From an uncultured virus (IMG/VR IMGVR_UViG_3300010338_000756) (lineage: Duplodnaviria > Heunggongvirae > Uroviricota > Caudoviricetes): 64,000 bases of DNA. Position 1 is the stretch's first letter, and the number at the start of each line of letters is the position of its first letter. The DNA lies in IMG/VR virus record IMGVR_UViG_3300010338_000756. One strand, given 5' to 3'. Below, piece after piece: positions 9,701 to 18,700 of the stretch. A program made the translations under genes and the position numbers. The notes under the pieces were generated by a model. The model did no database searches. It was not told where the DNA came from and saw only the letters and a program-made list of their open reading frames with translations.

Positions 9701-12700
9701 CGCCGCCACCGCTTTCTGCGTGCGGAACAGGTCGATGAACCGATTCTGCGCGTAGTACACCAGTTGCGCCCACAACGCCGACCACCGCGACGGCTCCGGA
9801 AGATCGAAGGTCGGCGAGCCCGTTGCCTGAGCACCGAGCGCCGCGGCCCTTCGTCGCCAGCGAGTGTGCATCACAAGCGGGAAGCCTTCGTCGTCCAGTG
9901 ACGCCTTCTTGAGTTTCGGCGCATCATCGAACAGGACGAGGCGGCCCATCATGTGAACCGGCTGAGACCAGAATGCACTGCGAACCGATTCGGTCGGCCA
10001 CGAGGTCGGGTCAATTCCGGTCCTGCCTAACAACCACGTCTGTTGACCCACGTCCATCGTGCGCACCGTCGGCAGCACCGTGTCCAATAGGAATCTAGGC
10101 TTCTCGGCCTCGGCGAGTTCTGGACTGTCGTGGCCATGGCGCGTATCAATGAAGCCGATCGGCTCGCCCTGATAGCTCCCGTACATCACCAGCAGGTAGA
10201 ATTTCTTCGGCTCCACGTCAGGCCGCTGGCCGGCAACCTCTGGGTGTTCATCCACGATTCGTTCGTAACGCGCGAGCAGTGCCTCGCCGGTTACGGGGGA
10301 CATGGGCCTCATAAGCGCCTGACGAACCTCTAGTCTTGACCAGACCTCCTCGTTAAGTCTCACGCCCTCTTCTGGCGGCCGTTCTTCGCCAATCGGGATC
10401 GGCACGAGGCCCGACTGGACGGCCGACTCTCTCGTGAGCCCGTCCATGACGATTGCCGCGTCGCGGGTCATCTTCGCATCGTACTGGCGCAAGAAGCGGT
10501 CGATGTCGCGCAGCCCGATGTTGTTGTAGTTCTCCATGTTGCCGTAGTGAATCGTCAACGACTTGTCGTGTTCGGCCGTCGGCGCCCAAATGACCGGGAC
10601 GTTACCGCCTACCGCGACATCTACGCCATGCAGCATGTCCGAGGCGTCGTCGAAGTCGGACACTTGCGCCAGCTTTTCCACCACGCCGGGAATCTTGCTG
10701 TCCGCCTCGTCCTTTGACGTGTACCCGATAGTGTGGACGCGCCCCTTCTTTGGACCGCGCTTGAGATAGTCCACCACGTAGTACAGCGGAGTTGCCGCGG
10801 CATTCGTCAACTCCGCTTCTGCGCGTGCCAATGCGGCGCGCATACCGGCGACCTGCTTCGCTCTTTTCGGGTCTTTCTCGGCCTTCGCGAGATTTTCTCG
10901 CAAGAGATTGACGCGCCCCTCATTCGGCGTGGCGCGCGCCATCGCCTTCTTAATCGCGTCCAGTTCTGCGGGCGTGTTATCCCACACGTCCGGATCGGCC
11001 AGAATATCTTCTCCCTTAAGCACACCCACCGCCCGCTCGCCGCGCAACCTAAGCGCCCGCTTGTAGGCGTCCGTGATCTTGTCGTTCAGCGCGGCGGCCG
11101 CGTGTTCGCCAACCCACCCGGCGATTCGCGAACGCAATGTCACCATTTGCTTCCCGACGGATGCGTCCGAAGGCTTCCTCGTGAAGCTCCATTGCAACCG
11201 GACGAGTCCGCCATGCTTGTTGAGATTGGTGTTGATCTCGTCCCTTGTTCCGAAGTAGTCGTCGTTCCCTATGAATTCATGATCCAGCGTTAGGTTCGGA
11301 TTGGCCTCCAGAAGGATCGTGTCTAGCCAAAACCTCCCGGGCGCAATGACCTCATTGGTCAACGCAGGAATATCGCGTCGGCCAAACACGGCTCCACTGA
11401 CGGCCACGTTCTGATACTTGCCCGTCGTTGAGCGCCACCGCTTTCCGTGCATGGACCCCATCGACATTCCGACACCAGCGAGGTTGTGCTTCGCGGCGAA
11501 ATCGACTGCCCATGCGAAGAGCATCGGCACGTACCGCTTCATCGGCGGATACGGCGGCGGCTTCTCGGCGCGTCTTACCCCTAGTTGGAGAACGATTCTC
11601 ATGCTGCCATGCATCTCACGGGTACGTCTCTCAAGACGATCCATGAGCGCCTGCGGCGCCCACACATTAGCGTGTGGGTCGTAGTACACGTCGAGTGCAT
11701 CGTAAAAGACGCTCGATGGCGGATCGGGATAAATGTCCCGCATTGATTCGCCAGCGTCTCGATACCACTTGTCGTAGAACTGTTTAGTTACTTCATTAAC
11801 ACGCGGCTCTAATTGTGCGCGCTCGTCGCCGTCTGCATTCTCATATCTGTTTCGCACGTCATTGTAGTGGTCCGCATCGAGCTTCCACTCTTGCACCCTC
11901 TGGAATTTCCGGTGCAGGTCTTCATCGCTCGTGGACGGTTCGCGCAACGACGCCAAGCGAACGGCTTGCGCTCTCGGCATTACCCTCGCGGCTTCCTCTT
12001 TTTCGCTCTCTAGGCCGCCCGCCGCATCACTGGAATATACAGTGGCGAAGGCGCGCAGAAGTGCATACACCGGCGGCAGCTCCGCAACACTGCCGCTTTC
12101 ATGTCTGATTAGCTTGAGCAAAATCTCGTCGCTAACCGTGTTCATCCAAAGCCGTTTGCGGCTAAAGTGGGTTGCGAGATGATCCTTGAACGCGGTCCAG
12201 TCGAATAACGAAATGACTTTCGGGTCAACATCCCCTTCGCGGAGGCTAACTTTAGCCTGCTGCCTAACGAATGCTCGGAACCATGACTCAGACGACTCGA
12301 TGTCCGCGGGCACCATTTCGAGGCTCCGAAGGCGGCTTATCAGGTACTCGCGAAGGTAGTGCCAATCCTGATTGTCGAATTGGGCGGCGATCTCCACGTA
12401 ACTCCGAAATCCCTCGGGTGACAATTCAGCCCGCAGGAGCGGACCCATGGCTTCCGCCAGAAGCGGTGAGTTGATGTAGTCCCTGACATCTGCCAATGCA
12501 CGGGCTTCTTTCTCCTTAGCCGCCACATAGTCGCGCATGGCGTCTATGAGTTGCTTAATGTAGTCGGATTGCGTCTCGTCGATCCACAGGATGTCGCGAC
12601 CATCCGGAATTTTGAGAATCTCGAAGCGCGTAAAGGCCAGAAGGTTTGGCACCTCGGGGATATCGGAAAAATGACCGCCACGGTATCTGGGGAAGTCCGC

Positions 12701-15700
12701 GCTTGCCGGCGCATTCCGCCACCCGAAAAGGCGCTCCCCGTAGAGCGGCCTACCAGCGCCACGATTCAGCCGATATTCTGCGTATTGAGGCCGCTCCAAG
12801 GTCAGAAGTGCCTCGGCATCGCCCTTGTCGTGATAACCGATTTCACTCTGGCCTTCCGTGGAAGTGCCAACGAGCAGGCGCAACCGATCACGCGCACGAA
12901 GGATCGTCTCGGCGGCCCATTCATCGGCCTCACGCGCATCCTCGAAGTTCGCTTGCCACTCTCTAGTCGCGCCCTCCGGCAACTCCAACGCGCGCCTAAG
13001 ATCCCACGACATACTGACTTTGACATGCACCCACTCGGTGCCGGAATCGCTCTCTTCTGTGATCTCGCGATCAATGTAGAAGCCGTATACCTCGGCTTCT
13101 GAATCGCGATGATAAAGGTTGGGCGGGTCTCTATAGGCTACCTCGCGCGCGAGTTCCTTGGCCTGGTCTTGGATGCTTTCAACATCCTCAAGCATCTTCA
13201 CGCCCGCCGATGTGAAATCGGAGGCCGAGCGCGGCAGTTCTTCGGTTTCTTGGAAGTGCCGCCACGCTTCTTCGGTAACGTGTTCCTGCTTCAGCCGAGC
13301 GGCCACTTCCTGCACCGCGTCCGCATCATCCTCGTCGATTATTGCCGTGTAGGCGTCCGGGACGTACTCCGGCCACAAGTCGGCTATGTACTGCTCGACA
13401 TGGGCCTCCATCTCCGCATCGGTAGTCTCGTATTCCTTCTGGTTCTCTGCGAGTGCCTCACGTAGCTTCCTCTCGATCTCATCGAGATCGTCTTCAAGCA
13501 AGCCGTCGAACTCTTCATTCATCTCGCCACTAAGCGTCGCTGGTCCGGACGGGCGAATTTCGATGTCGGGGAACGCATCGTAGGCCCGGTCCAAAAGCAC
13601 TTCGCGAGGAAGTTGGCTCATGCGAATCGCCAGCGCGCGGCCCTGTTTCCCGCCAAGCTCTATTGCCTGCAGTACGGAATCGGTCGTCTCGCGATCAATC
13701 AGCTCGGTCAGCGGGCGCTCGGAATTACGAATCGCGTCGCGCAGCTTCGTGAGGGTACTGCGCAGTGAGGCGATAATGTCGGAAGCTACGACATCGTGAG
13801 TGGCGCTTACGTCGGGGGTGCCGACGGCTTTGCTCAACCCCTGCTCCGTGAACATCGTCGGCGCGGACGGGAACGTCAGTTCCCACATCTCACCGTCAGG
13901 GTAGTAGTCGGCCCGCACCTGAACGCCCGCGATTTCGCCCGTGGCGCTATAGTGCGCGATCACGTCATCGTTCAGTGCCTTGTGCCTTCTATCCCACGCG
14001 GAGCGGATACGCTTCTCAGCCCTTTCGCTGAACACAGGAGCATATACAAACCGCCCCCACCCTGCGCGGCTGAAATCCGATGGGGTGAGGAAGCGATACC
14101 CCTCTGTCTTGGCGCGCTCTACACCTTGGCTATGTAGGAACAGCTCGGGATTCTCCCCTAGTAGTTCCGTCAACAGCTCCACTTTCTCATCGCTGTTGGA
14201 ACGCATTAAGTCTGCAGCGGCCGAGGTCCGATACGTGAAGATGTCATCCTGCGTTCGACCAGCGCGGTATGCCTCATAGAAGCGGTCCATCAGCTCCGGC
14301 GTGACTTCCACCGTGGTCCGCGAGCGCCACATGCGCGTCGCGAGGTTGCCTGCCTCAGAAGCAATGGATTCTTCGGTCGCGGACAGCAAACCCACGAGCG
14401 ATTTCCCGTGCTCTATAGACGTGACACGATCCAGCTCGTCGATGATCTTCCGTACCTCTGGCGGTGCGCCCCACTTCTCGGCCAGCACATGCGGATCGCT
14501 GAACCTGTGGTCCCCCTCTTTGCCGCTGGTGTTCTGTGATCTTCCATACCAGTTGCGCAACGTGTCACCGAGCGCGTCACTCCACGTCGGCCCATCCGAT
14601 GACAACAGGGACTCCAACTGACTCCATTCGAGTTCCGCCTTCGGGAAGGACTTGCCGCTGTGAGAGGCGAGCAACTGCTTCCACTCGGTCGCCGACGCCA
14701 CGTTCGGAGCCATGTCGGACTCTAGGAAATCCATCAGGCGACTGCTGTAGATGCCCTTGCGCTTCTTGTAGAGCGCCCGACCAGCGATCCTGCGTGCCGC
14801 CTCGTGTCCGGGCTCGCGAAGCAGGTCTTGTGCGCGCCTTATGATGCCGGCGATCCTGCGGTCGTCGTAATACTTGACGATCCCCATCGCGTCCAGCAAT
14901 CGACGGATCGCGGCGACCACGCGCTGCCACACGTTCTGTTCCAGCTTGGTCAATTTGTGGCCGGCCAGCATCTCGCCGGCCATGCGAGCTACCACTTCCT
15001 CGGCCGCCAAGCGCCGATGCAGCGGATTAGTGATGTCCAGTTCCGCATTCTCGGCTTCGAGCCTCACGCGATCCGGCATGTCGCGCCAGATACCGTCCAC
15101 GATCTCCTGCCACTCCTGATCGGACAACAGGACGTTGAAGCCGTGGTGGCCCACGAGTTCGTGGAAGAACGATTCCGTGAGGTCGGCTTCGTCGAACACC
15201 CCGGCTTCGTTCAGGTAGTTGAGGTAGATCGTGCCATTCCAATAGAAGCCGCCGATCTTGTTGATCGGGATGCCATCGGCCTCGGCCTGTCGCGCCAAGT
15301 CGCGCGGTAGGTCGCGCAAGCTCCCGTAGATTTCGATGTTCGGCCCAAAGTACCCCTGCTTCAATCGGCGGATCGTGTTCAGCGCCTTGATGCGCTGTTG
15401 AATCTCCGGCCGGTTCAGGATGTTGTCAGACTGGTCGCGGCGGAAGTGTCCCATGAAGCCGCGCCGCATAAATCGGGCACCGACCGCAGACTTCACCTGA
15501 TCGGGCGAGAACGGAATCCATACGTTGTGGCCAAGGTCGGTGAACTTCCCACCAGTGTCGCTGATCCCGTCGTACCCGAGGCGCTTCAATTCGCGCACCA
15601 CGAACGGCGGGATGCTCGTCCACGCATAGGTCGTGCCGTTTTCCAAGTCCGCGCGCAGCTCATTGACCCAAGCTTGCGGCTTCATGGCGCGAGCGTCCCA

Positions 15701-18700
15701 CGGATCAACCCCGACTCTCCCGGGGCGCCAGCGGGCACGATTCGCCGCCTTCTGCATCCGCTCGACGAATTCCTCGTCCACGTTGCTCGTGTAGAACGGA
15801 TTGCGCAGGTTCAGGTACACCGGGATCACGCCCGGTTGTCCGCGGTTCACATCGACGAATTGCACCTTGCGCGTGTCGATGCCGGCGAGTTTCAGGACTT
15901 TCAGGAAGTCCACTTCATTCCTGAACAGCGTCCCCGAGTTGAGCCACAGTTCAATCGCCGCCTTCAACCCGTTGCCGCGCGCTTCTCTCAGTGCCCAGTC
16001 ATACGTGTCTGGCGACAGGCCGCCGCCTTTCCCGTTGTCCTGAATCTTCGTGCCATCCTCGTCGTACCCGATGCGTCGCATCGCGTCGTTGAATGCGTTG
16101 CGCTGCTCATCGGTCATCGTGTACCACGTGAACGTCAGCGGCTGGCGGGTCGTGACGCCCGGCACGGCGACCGTGAACCACTGGTCGTAGCCTCGGTCGT
16201 CCAGTGACGTGTCGCGCTTGTTGATCGCATAGCCCGATGCAACGTCCGGATCGTCGGTGAAAAACGGCATCGGCCCGGACGTGGCCCGGCCGGCGCGGAA
16301 GCGATCTACACGATCCAGTCGCTCGGTGCCGTGGTACAGCCGCAGCGGCTTGCCGCGCGTGTCCACCACCATCGAGGCTCGGGTGCCCTTCGCGTCTCGC
16401 AGCCATGCCGCCAGACTGCCCGGCACGGGACGGCCCGAGTCCAGTTCCTTCTGCGAGGTTACGTCGTGGTCGTAGTAGATTTCCTCGTTCTGCGACCTGC
16501 GCGTGACGATCTTGACGAACTGCGTCTCGCCGTTCAGGCGGACCTTCACGCCGTAGACGTTGTAGCCCTTGACCGCCTCAGTATCCCCGCCCTGCGGGGC
16601 GCGCTCTTCCAGCAGCACTGCGGATTTCATGAGCGGCTGAATCGCTTGCAGCGTCTGCGCGATGCGACGATCCGCCCCGTGGAAGCGAGCCTTCTTGAGC
16701 CCGACCGCAGTGAAGCGCACCGTGTCGCCAGTTTCGGTGACAACCGACGTGCCCTGAATGTTCAGTCTGTAGAACTCGGTCGTCTGCTTCCACAGGTCCG
16801 GGGTGGCAAGGTCCGTCTCCGCAGGAAGCACCACCGGAACTTCGGGGAACACCGTCAGGTGACGAAGCGCGTGCGCTCGCCGCCAGTCCCCGAACCACTG
16901 CTTGAACCCGTCGCTGTATATGGACCCCGCCGCCCGCACGCGGCGAACCAGCGACGGGGATTCGGTCGAAAACTCGCCGGTATTTCCGACCGCGGACTTC
17001 ACCTGCGACGGATCGAAGATCGCATAGGCGAGATGCGTGTTCCCGTCAGGACCGATGTCCGAGATGATGATGCTGTCGTATCCCTGCCGCTGCGCATCGC
17101 GCGGAACGTCCCATTCGTCCAGCACTTTCCACAGCGGAGCGTCCGGATTGCTCAGGAAGTCAATCGCGTCGTCCGCTGTCTCGTCTGCACCGAATATGCC
17201 GAGCCCCTGCAACTTCTCGAACAGGCGCGTTGGCGAAGGAGACTCACCAAGATCGCTCAGGTCGAGCGGCTTGAGCATTCTGGCGTACACAGGATAGATC
17301 GACTGCCCGAGCCCTTCCCGCGCCTGCGCCTCAAGCTCTTCCAGCGGAACCTCATCCAGTTCCCGCTCGTCCTCTTCCTCGCGCTCGGCCTTGTTCTGCA
17401 CGGCCGCCCGTGTCGCGTACTGCCCCGCAACGTCTCGATCCGGCGTCAGCCAAATCGGAAACGTCGGGCCACCGTAGAACTCCTCGAAGTCCTCGGATGT
17501 GCCGTGGTACAGGACCAGCGGTTTGCCGTCGTCATCGAGCGCCTTGGACGCCCCGAACCAACGCTTGAATGCCGGCGTGCGCGTGATCTCGTCGCGGGTG
17601 CGACGCATCAACGGCCTGCGGCCTCGCGGCACGCGGTACATATCGGTATACAGCGACAGCTCGGCTCGCTTGTTGGCGCCTTGATTGAGGGTGAACCCGA
17701 ACCTGCGATAGAACTTCCGCAGGCGCCGGCGCGAAGTCGTGCCCCACGAACCGGCCCGCATGTCCCGCTGCGCCGTCTGCAACTCGATCTCTAGGCCGCG
17801 GTCGTCGGCGAACTCGGTGAGCGCCTTCATGGCTGCGCTGCCACGGCCCGCATTCCGGTCGCGCTTTGGCACCACGATGCTTTCCAATTCCAAGGTGCCC
17901 CTCGGAGTCACCTGGACGGACAACTCGCTCAGGCCATACCTGCGCTTGATCTCGTCCGCGAACGCATCGGCGTCGGCCTGCGATGTCTCACGCCGCGCCG
18001 GCTTCGTTACAGCCGCCCTGCGCACACGGCGACGCATCGAGTTGCCCACGAAGTCTATCTGTCCGGCCGCCATCCCAACGTCGGATGGCCGCTCACTGCC
18101 GGTCAGACGAAAGTCCTTGGCCTCTTCGTCCGCCTTCTCGCGTTGTTCCGGCGTCGGCTCGCGCTCCCGGGCCTTGTCCGCCAGACGCTGCGCCGTGCTC
18201 GGCTCCGAGGTCAGCTCGAATGGCGCTTCGCCACTCTCGCGAGTTCTGCGACGAGGAACCGCTTGCGCTTCTTCGCCGGCAGCCGACGCAACAGCGCGGA
18301 CATCTTCTCGACCCGCTTTGCCAGTAACGGACTCATATTCATCGGCCTGCGCGCTTTGTCGCTCACGCTCGAACCATTCATCGGCAGCTCTCTCTTCTGC
18401 GATCAGAAAGTCGTGGTATGCCTCGATGTCGTCCCCGGTCAGCGATCCGCGAATCTCGCGCGCGGCTTCACTCAGCGCCTGATAGTCCGCCGCGACCTGT
18501 TCCGCGTCACCATGCACCGCACGATCCGCCGCTTCGGCCATGCCGGCAATGACCCGGCGTTCCCGCGCGTTGAGCTTGCCACCGCTCAGGGCGCGCTCGA
18601 TGACCTCGGGATAATCCGCGTTCTGCGGCAACCGGGTGCCCAACTCCTGAAACCATGGCTCCTTCGGAATCCATTTCGTCCGGCTCACCACGTTGTAGTC

